Origin: a virus
Strand: one strand, 5' to 3'
Virus record (IMG/VR): IMGVR_UViG_3300045988_085176
Length of the DNA: 57,021 nucleotides
Shown here in pieces: positions 7,504 through 15,858 of the stretch. The notes beneath the pieces were generated by a model, which made no database searches, was not told the origin of the DNA, and saw only the letters and a list, made by a program, of their open reading frames with translations. Both the position numbers and the translations under genes were made by a program. The stretch's first letter is position 1, and every line of letters starts with the position of its first letter.

Positions 7504-9893
7504 GATTTCACCTCCCGGAACTGGAGACGCGCGCCAATGTACTGGCTTGAGATGCCTGAGCTTTGACTCGCATCGAAAAAGAATAGGCCAGCTATGGATG
7601 CATTTGTATAGCAACCGCTCACGTCAACTACAGACCAGCCTGCGCTCGAGTTTATGTAGTCTGGGATGTAGGTGGTAGCGCTACCACCACCGGTTGTATC
7701 AGGTAAGAGTGCCCATGGGAAAACGGAGCTAAATCCAAGCCCTTTAATCCAACCGGAGTTCGGAAGAGTAATACCAGAGGATGTGTAATTGGACGTGGTG
7801 TCATCAGCATAACTCTCGGGTTCTGTGCAGATATATGGAACTCTGTTGTTGACGTTGATTCCATCGATCCACTCAAAGACATTCCCCCACGGGTTCTCAA
7901 TCCAACGGTACTGAACCGCGGCAGTATTTATAAGACCTCCCGCCGCCCTTCCAGTATGGTAGACCATGGCGTCAGTCTCGCCGGTTTTGTGGACAGAGCT
8001 GTCGTTGACGATTCCCTGACCTATCTTCGCTTGGCTGTTAAAATCGGCGTATTCGACCAGATACAACAAATCATAAGCGCACCATGCGGCGAAGTCGTAG
8101 AGTTGGGCATTGGACGCAAAATTTTTTGCATAATTTCTAAACTCGGCTCGAGTTAATCCCGTCTTAGCCGGGGTATTAGAATAGCTACATAATGCTTGCC
8201 CGCCACTCTTATTTACTAAGTACCCCTCATATCGTGCAACATAGCTCTCGCTTCCTGGATGCAAAGAAAATCCATCGATTGGTCCATCCGCAATATAATA
8301 ACGAAAGATATTTCCACTCTTTTCTACTTTGTAGTAAAATTGCGGGATCTTGACGCATGTCGCAGATGAAGGAGATGTTCGATTGGCAGGATATACTCTC
8401 CCACTAGCGTCAATATCAACCTCCTCCATCCCCATCCACGGCATATAGCTGTCGAATGGTGAGGAGCCTGAGCCTGTCCCAACTGCGGGTACGGGCTCGG
8501 TTTTGATGTCCACAGTGACCAGCTTGTTGGGATCGTTGGCTTTGGTCAGACGGGTCAGGGCGGTGGATGGGTTGGAGCTGTCCCAGGAGACGCCGAAGAC
8601 GGAGGTGAGGGATTCGACGACAATTTTTTTCGAGTATCTAGCTTCAGAATAGTTTTTATCTCCTTCAAAGACGAAAGTTAAGAAAAAAATTTGATCTCCT
8701 GTCTCTTTTTTAGCTGTAATAATAAATATCTGTTGTTCGGTATCAACAGATGCATCAAAATATTCTTTTGCTACATTAGAATAAGAAAGAGAAACAGGTC
8801 CATGGAAGTCCCCAGAATATTTAATTGTTGCAGTTTTATTCTGGGCATCCAATACAATATTAGATGATGGAGAAAAATGGACAGCTTGAGTTTTCTTCCC
8901 AATCGTCCACGTCGCGTTTTTCGTCTCCGTAGTCCCATCCCACCATTGGTAGCCGGGCTTCGGTTGAAATCCCATAGTATAAGTCCCGGCGTTTGTTTGG
9001 TATGATGCCCCAACCAAAGTGAGTTCTTCTGTGTTAAGGTCGTTCCATTCTGCCATTTGTGCTTCGCCATTATAAGTAAGCGTACCCTTTTGGCTCGGCA
9101 CCACCGGAATGATAATCGCAAACTGCACCGCCACGCTCAGAGAGGCGCTGGCCGCCGTGTAGTTTGTCCCCTCGCTGGCCGATACCTGGATGGCCGTGTT
9201 GCCGGTCTCCACACCTGTTACTGTCAGGGTTGTCCCCTCCAGGGATGTTGTAGCTACGCCGGAGTTATCAGACTGTGCGGACAGAGTGCCGTCCCCCGTG
9301 TAGGTGACAGCCACCGCCTGAGATGTGGTGGAGGTATCCAGGCTCACAGATGCCGGGTCAAACGTGATGCTGGGGGTGGCCTTAGCAATAGACCACTGGA
9401 TATTCTTCGCCTCCGTGCTCCCGTCCGCCCACTTGTACTGCGCCGTGGGCGTGACCACCGCTGTATAGCTCCCGGCGTTCGTGCCGGACGTGTCACCGGA
9501 TAGGACCATTTTGTCTGCATCGTAGCCCGTCAGGGTGGGGCTCTGGGCTTGTCCATTGTATGTAAGACTCCCGGATACCGTGGGCACAGAGATGGTCCCA
9601 CGCTCCACAGTGATGGCCTGCACGGCGGTCTCTGTCACCCCGGCCTCGGTGTAGATGATCTCCACCTCACTCGTCCCCTCGGGCAGTGCTCCGCTGGGGG
9701 AGTAGGTCCAGCCGGTGGCCGTCAGGGTGGCCCCGTTGGAGTACGATGCCGTGACTACCATCCCAGCAGGGTCAAAGACCTCTCCGGGGAGATATGTGAT
9801 ATTGTCAGGCGGTGTGGTGATGGCAATGCTCTCCAGCTTGATGCCTTCGCCTCCTGCTCCGCCGCCAACCATTGTAAAAAATTTACTGCCCAT
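7500..9893 (-). CDS. Receptor-binding tail fibre: Ig-like/MBG-type repeats plus C-terminal lectin/FGE-like domain
   Basis: 797 aa. Repeated ..TYNG.AQ.....(S/Y).TNAG(S/T)YT.......(Y)(K/Q)W.DG(S/T)TE.KN..W.I.K units. C-terminus has YRWIENPWGNVFEWIDG. Confidence 0.7.
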   Translation of the reverse strand: MGSKFFTMVGGGAGGEGIKLESIAITTPPDNITYLPGEVFDPAGMVVTASYSNGATLTATGWTYSPSGALPEGTSEVEIIYTEAGVTETAVQAITVERGTISVPTVSGSLTYNGQAQSPTLTGYDADKMVLSGDTSGTNAGSYTAVVTPTAQYKWADGSTEAKNIQWSIAKATPSITFDPASVSLDTSTTSQAVAVTYTGDGTLSAQSDNSGVATTSLEGTTLTVTGVETGNTAIQVSASEGTNYTAASASLSVAVQFAIIIPVVPSQKGTLTYNGEAQMAEWNDLNTEELTLVGASYQTNAGTYTMGFQPKPGYQWWDGTTETKNATWTIGKKTQAVHFSPSSNIVLDAQNKTATIKYSGDFHGPVSLSYSNVAKEYFDASVDTEQQIFIITAKKETGDQIFFLTFVFEGDKNYSEARYSKKIVVESLTSVFGVSWDSSNPSTALTRLTKANDPNKLVTVDIKTEPVPAVGTGSGSSPFDSYMPWMGMEEVDIDASGRVYPANRTSPSSATCVKIPQFYYKVEKSGNIFRYYIADGPIDGFSLHPGSESYVARYEGYLVNKSGGQALCSYSNTPAKTGLTRAEFRNYAKNFASNAQLYDFAAWCAYDLLYLVEYADFNSQAKIGQGIVNDSSVHKTGETDAMVYHTGRAAGGLINTAAVQYRWIENPWGNVFEWIDGINVNNRVPYICTEPESYADDTTSNYTSSGITLPNSGWIKGLGFSSVFPWALLPDTTGGGSATTYIPDYINSSAGWSVVDVSGCYTNASIAGLFFFDASQSSGISSQYIGARLQFREVKS

Positions 9894-10200
9894 TTTTTAC
9901 CTCCATGCGGATGATGTTGACTGTGATATCTGACGCAGGGGCCTCCGCACAGATAAACACCGCCTTCCCATCCACCGCTACTTCATCCTCCGGCCGAACT
10001 TGCGAAGAGACCCACGCTAGATAGGAATCCGAATCAGGGTTTGCCAGATATGCGTAGCCACTGGATTTGAACAGGTCGTTACTCACTATCTGCTCATTCT
10101 CGATCCACCCACTGGCAGGGAGTGAGACCGAAAACTGCCGGGACTTCCCGGAGCCAAATCCGGCTACTGGTTTTCCGTTGACGTATATCATGGTGTCCAC
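9883..10200 (-). CDS. Hypothetical tail-fibre-associated protein
   Basis: 105-aa ORF tightly packed between the fibre genes. Confidence 0.5.
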   Translation of the reverse strand: MDTMIYVNGKPVAGFGSGKSRQFSVSLPASGWIENEQIVSNDLFKSSGYAYLANPDSDSYLAWVSSQVRPEDEVAVDGKAVFICAEAPASDITVNIIRMEVKNGQ

Positions 10201-10206
10201 CCTCTC

Positions 10207-11181
10207 TTACTCAATGAGATAGTAAACAGTGGCTTTTAATTCGGAAAAACTATATCTGGCAAGAACTCCATCCTCCAAAGCAACTCCGCTAATTCGTAAA
10301 ATGGCAGCATTAGCAGTTCTCTCAACTGTAACAAACATAAACGTACCAACGTCAATTTCATAATCGGTATCGCCACTATACCCAAGAGCATAGCTCTTAA
10401 CTGCATTAGTAACACTTGGATCGTCATTGAGGTATTTCAAATATGAATACTCGGGGACATCCGAAAATAAAGGTTTCCATTTGACGACAACATGAATAAT
10501 GTCACCAATCGAGACATTGATGCTTACCCGTTTTTCGGCGGCACCTAATTCAGTTCCTTCGCTAATGACCTTCTGAACGATATCTTCTCCCTCGTTGCTC
10601 CCCGCAACACCGAAGATGCTCACGCCCTTCTTGATGTTGGCAGCCACGAGATTTGCGTCTCCCTTGATGGTCTGGGTGCCGGTCAGATACCGCCCGCTGG
10701 CAATGGTCCTATTAGAGGTCCCCGGCGTGATGGTCTGCGCCCCCTGGGTAGTCAGCTGTTTGGTCGCAGACTTAGTTCCGGAACTCACATACCCGGCGCT
10801 CTGAGTCGATTTTGCAGTAATGAGTCCGGCGCTGGACACCGTTATGCTGGGCGTGGCTTGGGTGGCAGTTGCCACCGACTTGCTGGAATCATTGGCATAA
10901 TATCCAGAGGGGACTGTCACAGTGGACCCACTGGCGGTCAGGTTGCTGGAGCTCTTGCTGGCAATGGTCCCCGTTACCTTTCCTGCGGCCACATAAGCTG
11001 TCTTGCCAGAGAGGATGTCCCCAGCCGTCGCAGTGGCATCGCTGGTATCGGTGCCGCTGGAGATCCCCGCAATAGCTTCCGGAAAGTTATCCGCAACGAT
11101 GGGGTCTGAGCCTCCAGTCTTGCCCCGGATAGCATCAGCAATGGCGGAGAAGAGGCTTGTCAATGTTTGATGTACGGCCAT
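10207..11181 (-). CDS. Tail fibre / structural protein
   Basis: 324 aa. N-terminus LTSLFSAIADAIRGKTG and ILSGKTAYVAAGKVTGT / NIKKGVSIFGVAGS repeats, as typically seen in phage fibre proteins. Confidence 0.55.
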   Translation of the reverse strand: MAVHQTLTSLFSAIADAIRGKTGGSDPIVADNFPEAIAGISSGTDTSDATATAGDILSGKTAYVAAGKVTGTIASKSSSNLTASGSTVTVPSGYYANDSSKSVATATQATPSITVSSAGLITAKSTQSAGYVSSGTKSATKQLTTQGAQTITPGTSNRTIASGRYLTGTQTIKGDANLVAANIKKGVSIFGVAGSNEGEDIVQKVISEGTELGAAEKRVSINVSIGDIIHVVVKWKPLFSDVPEYSYLKYLNDDPSVTNAVKSYALGYSGDTDYEIDVGTFMFVTVERTANAAILRISGVALEDGVLARYSFSELKATVYYLIE

Positions 11182-12755
11182 TAGTAGCTCCCTTCTATGG
11201 CGGTGCCGATGGAGGTATCGACGTAGGCTTTTAGTTCTTCTTCTATTGCTGCCTGGACATTTGAAATCGCTTGTTCCAGATAATCCTTATTGACCACATT
11301 GGTGCCTTCCGTTGGAGGATCGAACACGTTTACTCCGCTTGCATCTACCGTGAGCATGTGCACTGTCTCCCCGCTGGAAAATGCAAAACCTATCTGACCG
11401 TCATGCTTTAACTCCATATACGCCTTGTGGGAATCGTCTTGGACGCTTTCAAGTGTGACTTTTCCTCCATCGGCCATGACCGAAGAATAGGAACTGGAAT
11501 TTGTGTCATTTTGAGCAAACATCTGTGACTTTGCTTTCATTGTTTCCACATATGAAACGGAATTTTGGTTTTGGCTTTGCATTATTGCGCTAGTACCGCT
11601 GACGGAAAATACGCCAAAATCGTCATTTTTAATTGTATTTGAGCCAATAGTCAAATTATTTCCTATGATTTCGGCGCTATCTTCCATTGTCCCACCAGAC
11701 AGCTTCAAATATCTCTGGTCTGCCTGCTCCTGAGTTAGACCGCTTGAAGGACGCCCCGCCAGCTCATCAATAGCCCCCTGAACATCAGTTGCCTCCAAAC
11801 CGCTGGTGGTGTTGCTGTAATCCACATCAGATGCGGAAAGGCCATCAATTCCACCCTCATCTTCCGAGAAAGTGATGGTGTACGGACCGATTCCCAGGCT
11901 TTCCGACATTTCCAGCTGACCACCGCCGGGGACAGTGACGATGTTCTCAGGCGTGGGGATGTCAATATCTGCAATCTTATCATCTACATACTTAAAAACA
12001 TCTGTGTTCTTTCCCTGCGGGTCATAGACGCTTTTCAGCATGTCGCCAGATCCAATACCATCAGCGCCGTTGTAGACCTGGAATGTACTGCTTTTCCCGT
12101 CAGTCAGATAGATGGTGTAAGTGTCTGTAGTCCCTGCCGCCCCAGTACCGCTCGTTCGCTCGATACGGTCAATGCTGGAGCCAGGGTCTCCGGTCTCACC
12201 TTGTGGGCCAACAGGACCAGCCGGTAGTCCAAAGGTCAGCTTTACGACCTCATCCACCAGAGATTTGCTGACCGTGGCCGGCTTTCCAGTCTCCAGTGTG
12301 ATGGCCTCTACCAGCATATTTTCGATTGCAGTCCTCGCCGCTTCCGCTCCGCTCTGCGCCGCCTCAGCTCCGGTCTTTGCGGTCTTCGCCTGATCTACAA
12401 GCCCCTGGAGCTCTTCTTTGACCTCTTCCGCTGCACCCTGGGCGGCAGCTTCGGCCCCGGCCTGCGCCTGCTCTGCGGCTGCTTGAGCGGCTTGTGCGGC
12501 TTCCTTGTTTGCCTTGGTATCCTCCACCGCAGTACCAATACCAGCCACAGCCTCAAGGGCCTGTTCAGAGGCTTCCAAAGCATCGCTTGCCGCTTCCTGA
12601 GCCTGCTCAACATATTGCCGGACTGACTGCTGGGCAAATCCTTTGAACTGCGCCCCCGTGACCTTTACCGCCTGCCCTTGCTGTTCTGCAACAAGCAGCG
12701 AATCATCGTCTAATGTGGATGCAGCAGGGAGGGAGCCTATGTTCTTATCAGCCAT
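11181..12755 (-). CDS. Tail fibre with Ala-rich coiled coil and short collagen-like segment
   Basis: Start MADKNIGSL (RBS AAGGAGG). AQAAQAAAEQAQAGAEAAAQ coil and GPVGPQGETGDPG. Confidence 0.65.
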   Translation of the reverse strand: MADKNIGSLPAASTLDDDSLLVAEQQGQAVKVTGAQFKGFAQQSVRQYVEQAQEAASDALEASEQALEAVAGIGTAVEDTKANKEAAQAAQAAAEQAQAGAEAAAQGAAEEVKEELQGLVDQAKTAKTGAEAAQSGAEAARTAIENMLVEAITLETGKPATVSKSLVDEVVKLTFGLPAGPVGPQGETGDPGSSIDRIERTSGTGAAGTTDTYTIYLTDGKSSTFQVYNGADGIGSGDMLKSVYDPQGKNTDVFKYVDDKIADIDIPTPENIVTVPGGGQLEMSESLGIGPYTITFSEDEGGIDGLSASDVDYSNTTSGLEATDVQGAIDELAGRPSSGLTQEQADQRYLKLSGGTMEDSAEIIGNNLTIGSNTIKNDDFGVFSVSGTSAIMQSQNQNSVSYVETMKAKSQMFAQNDTNSSSYSSVMADGGKVTLESVQDDSHKAYMELKHDGQIGFAFSSGETVHMLTVDASGVNVFDPPTEGTNVVNKDYLEQAISNVQAAIEEELKAYVDTSIGTAIEGSY

Positions 12756-12906
12756 CGGTATCCTCCTTTTCGGCCTCATCCAGAATCTTGTATGCCGCTC
12801 TCAGCTCTTGCTTGGCCGCAAACATGAGGTCCACTGCTTCACCGCTGACCGGGATGGCGGATAGCCACTTAAACACTTTGTTCAGTTTCTCGTTAACTTC
12901 CTTCAT
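12748..12906 (-). CDS. Small coiled-coil protein
   Basis: Start MKEVNEKL with RBS AGGAGGG; 52 aa. Confidence 0.45.
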   Translation of the reverse strand: MKEVNEKLNKVFKWLSAIPVSGEAVDLMFAAKQELRAAYKILDEAEKEDTDG

Positions 12907-12914
12907 AGACCCTC

Positions 12915-13616
12915 CTATATGTTTTCGATCCACAGGTTGAGATAATCCGTCAGGCTTTCAATGTGGGACCATGTAAATTCATCTTCTGAATCTACATAGA
13001 TACCGTCCGATCCGTTTCCTTGCCCGATTTGATACTTGACGGAGTTGTACATGGCAGCAGTCAACAATGTGTCCCCAGAAGACATCAAGCAGCCGGAGCG
13101 TGATAATGTAGCGCCTTGAGAGCTGCTTCGCTCCCAGCTAAGTCCAGAGGCATCAAGCGCCTCTTGCACTTTATTTACAATATCGTTCCAGACCTCATGT
13201 GGAAAATTCTCTGCTGGCTCTTCATTATCCATGGCATTTCTTGCCGCTCTTGTCTGGCTTGAACTGGCCTCGCCATTAGAAGAACTCCAGGACCATAGGT
13301 CAATAGCTGGTGCCGTTGAATCTGTAGTAAAAGAACCGCTGTCATAAATGCTCAGCCATGTAATGGACCCTGATGCATCCTCATATCCAAGCTGTGCTTC
13401 CCAGTCATAAGTAGTTCCAGGGTCCAGTCCCCTAATTGTTTCAGAAAAGGAAGATGAAGCGCCTCCGACTGAATCACTCCGGATCTCATAGGTATCTCTA
13501 TCAATGTCAAGCCTGACATATCTGTAATAAGAAAAACTTGAATCTCCTCCGGTAAACGATGCTCTAAATCGGGCGGAGGTCTCAGTAATAGAGCTAAAGG
13601 ATGCAGAAAAGGCCAT
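12915..13616 (-). CDS. Tail/baseplate protein with FN3-like N-domain
   Basis: 233-aa ORF. Segment RGLDPGTTYDWEAQL resembles fibronectin type III. Confidence 0.5.
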   Translation of the reverse strand: MAFSASFSSITETSARFRASFTGGDSSFSYYRYVRLDIDRDTYEIRSDSVGGASSSFSETIRGLDPGTTYDWEAQLGYEDASGSITWLSIYDSGSFTTDSTAPAIDLWSWSSSNGEASSSQTRAARNAMDNEEPAENFPHEVWNDIVNKVQEALDASGLSWERSSSQGATLSRSGCLMSSGDTLLTAAMYNSVKYQIGQGNGSDGIYVDSEDEFTWSHIESLTDYLNLWIENI

Positions 13617-13627
13617 GCTTGTTCTCC

Positions 13628-14866
13628 TTATCCGAATCTGACCGGGACACCTGTAACATTGTCCGCAGAGAAACCAATAGTTCCATCCTCAAAAAAGACG
13701 ATCCCGATTTCTTCTTCCCGGTCATTTATAAGATATATGCCCCCTGTATTTCCGGTTCCAGCGCTATAACTCTTCGCAACAAAAAAGCGTCCAGATTCAC
13801 GGCTGGTGCCACTGCCCGTTCCGAGTGCCAGCGTTACATTTCGGTCTGTTGCCTCAAGGACGGCTCTGGGCTGAGAACTGCCTGTCCGCATTAGCATAAA
13901 GGAGTCTCCGTCCATCATTGCGTAAGTGTCTCCGTCCTCGGTGGCGTAGATCTCTGACCCTATAATGGTCCCGCCTGAAATGGTCGGGCTTCTGACCTCC
14001 GTGGAACTGATATATGTGCTCTTGATGTAACTTGGTAGTTGATTGTCATAGGCCAGATCATAGGCATCGTTTGCTGTGTTGACCGCTTCATTGATGTCTC
14101 CCTGAACTCCGCTGTCAAGGTCTCCCCACGAGATGATTCCTGTGAGCACCAGACTACCAGTCTCGATTACTGATCCCTTGATTTTTGTTGTCCCTCCAGA
14201 GTCTGTCACCGTCAATCCGTCCAGCGTCTGGGAAATCGTAGTTACTTTTCCATCTAACCCTGTGATGGTGGTTGTCAGCCCATTTGCTGTCTGCTCAACA
14301 GTGGTGACTCGGCCATCCAAACCGGAGACCTGAGATGTGATGCCTTCCAGCTTTACGTCTATGGATGCCGATAACCCTTCCAGCTCATTCTCCACCTTCA
14401 GCAATATCTCTTCTGAGGTTTTTGAGATCAGAGATCGGGTCTGGGCTATCTGGTGGTTAAAATTCTTTGTTGTCTCTCCCTCAGTTTTGTACTCATGAAG
14501 TGTTTCATCGCTTCCAGGAGCCGCCATATCCATGACTTCTCCAGTAGAGAATCGGATATTTTGATAGGCAAGCTGGGTGTACAACCCGGCCACCGTCATT
14601 CCATCTCCGAGCTCTGCAATCGGTGACATTTTGGCCCCATTTGCTTCTAGTCCCTGATAGGAATATCCCTGCAAGGTAGCCAGAAGATTATCGGCCATTT
14701 GCTGTGAGGCATACGGGCAATCCTGCTCTATGACAGTCCCCGTCTCATCTCCAGCTTCATAGCAGTTTTCATCGTCCACCCAAAGGATAACGCCGCTGAT
14801 GGGGGCCTTCTTTTCGTATTCGGTTAGTGATAGAGCTTTCTGCCCTACAAAAACTTTTCCGTTCAT
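13628..14866 (-). CDS. Tail tip / baseplate protein
   Basis: 412 aa with repeats LDGRVTTVEQTANGLTTTITGLDGKVTTISQTLDGLTVT. Lies downstream of the tape measure. Confidence 0.55.
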   Translation of the reverse strand: MNGKVFVGQKALSLTEYEKKAPISGVILWVDDENCYEAGDETGTVIEQDCPYASQQMADNLLATLQGYSYQGLEANGAKMSPIAELGDGMTVAGLYTQLAYQNIRFSTGEVMDMAAPGSDETLHEYKTEGETTKNFNHQIAQTRSLISKTSEEILLKVENELEGLSASIDVKLEGITSQVSGLDGRVTTVEQTANGLTTTITGLDGKVTTISQTLDGLTVTDSGGTTKIKGSVIETGSLVLTGIISWGDLDSGVQGDINEAVNTANDAYDLAYDNQLPSYIKSTYISSTEVRSPTISGGTIIGSEIYATEDGDTYAMMDGDSFMLMRTGSSQPRAVLEATDRNVTLALGTGSGTSRESGRFFVAKSYSAGTGNTGGIYLINDREEEIGIVFFEDGTIGFSADNVTGVPVRFG

Positions 14867-15477
14867 ACCAAAATCCTGTCTCCACCAAAGGTGATAGCGA
14901 ATCCGTTTTCTTCAATCAGGTAATGTGTCTCAGGCGGCATACTGCCAACCAGAGGGACCAACAAAAGCTGGTCGTTTCTGGTGATCGTCCAGTTCCCGCC
15001 GTTCGCCACAGCAATGAATTTCAACACATCCCGCAGGGTGTAGTCATTGGCTGGATAGTCAATGGTATAGGCGTGGCTTACATTCGTCCGAGGGTCAACG
15101 GTAATGCCCATCAGTTCGGCAATGATGTCCACCGCATCATCCATTGGCATGGGGAACTCCAACGATTGATCCGGAACCCACACCTTGTCAGCCTTTAGCA
15201 TGGAGTCATAGGCTACTACCGTCATGATCCCCGTCGGCTTTATAGACCGCTCATCCAGGTAGAACACGCCGAGCTGTTCCCACTGATTATTAACTAACGC
15301 ATAAGGAATCATTTTTGCCGTTGTTGGAATGACCGTTTTCTTCCGAAACACAATTTTTAATGTAGCTTCACATGCATTTCCAATACTAATCTGGTCGAAC
15401 AGCGGTCGCTCTATATTGGCAGACCTGATATCCGCATCTATATATTCCTCATTGTCAATTAAAACTTTATATTTCAT
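14863..15477 (-). CDS. Tail component (distal tail protein-like)
   Basis: 204-aa ORF, overlapping stop/start with its neighbours. Call rests on position after the TMP. Confidence 0.45.
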   Translation of the reverse strand: MKYKVLIDNEEYIDADIRSANIERPLFDQISIGNACEATLKIVFRKKTVIPTTAKMIPYALVNNQWEQLGVFYLDERSIKPTGIMTVVAYDSMLKADKVWVPDQSLEFPMPMDDAVDIIAELMGITVDPRTNVSHAYTIDYPANDYTLRDVLKFIAVANGGNWTITRNDQLLLVPLVGSMPPETHYLIEENGFAITFGGDRILV

Positions 15478-15480
15478 GGC

Positions 15481-15846
15481 TCACTTCTCAATCAGTGGAA
15501 ATGTTATCCCGCTCCACCATTCCGTTCCGTCCGGGTGTTTGATAAGGTAGGATGCTGGGTTGTTATTGGCGTACATGGTCTTTGTAACTGTGCTCCCCTT
15601 TTGAGGGTCGAAGTATGTAACAGAGACCCATTCTGGCATAATAGCCGAAAGTACAATGCTTGCCTCAGCTGATTTGAGGGGGCGGCAGGTCACATCCAAA
15701 CGGATTTTTGTCGCCATGCGGTTACGCTCCAGCGTACCGTCCAGCATGCGCCCTGCCCCTTCTCCATCCACGTCTGATCTCTGCCACTTTACTCCCCCAT
15801 AAGCGATATAAGGAACGATGTCGGTCCCATCTATTTTTAGTACCAT
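15481..15846 (-). CDS. Tail component
   Basis: 121-aa ORF immediately downstream of the TMP. Confidence 0.45.
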   Translation of the reverse strand: MVLKIDGTDIVPYIAYGGVKWQRSDVDGEGAGRMLDGTLERNRMATKIRLDVTCRPLKSAEASIVLSAIMPEWVSVTYFDPQKGSTVTKTMYANNNPASYLIKHPDGTEWWSGITFPLIEK

Positions 15847-15858
15847 CTGATCGCCTCC

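Noticed and set aside
7500-7640. Diversity-generating retroelement acting on the fibre C-terminus
   Set aside because: No reverse transcriptase ORF and no template-repeat copy of the 3' end of the gene exist anywhere in the window.
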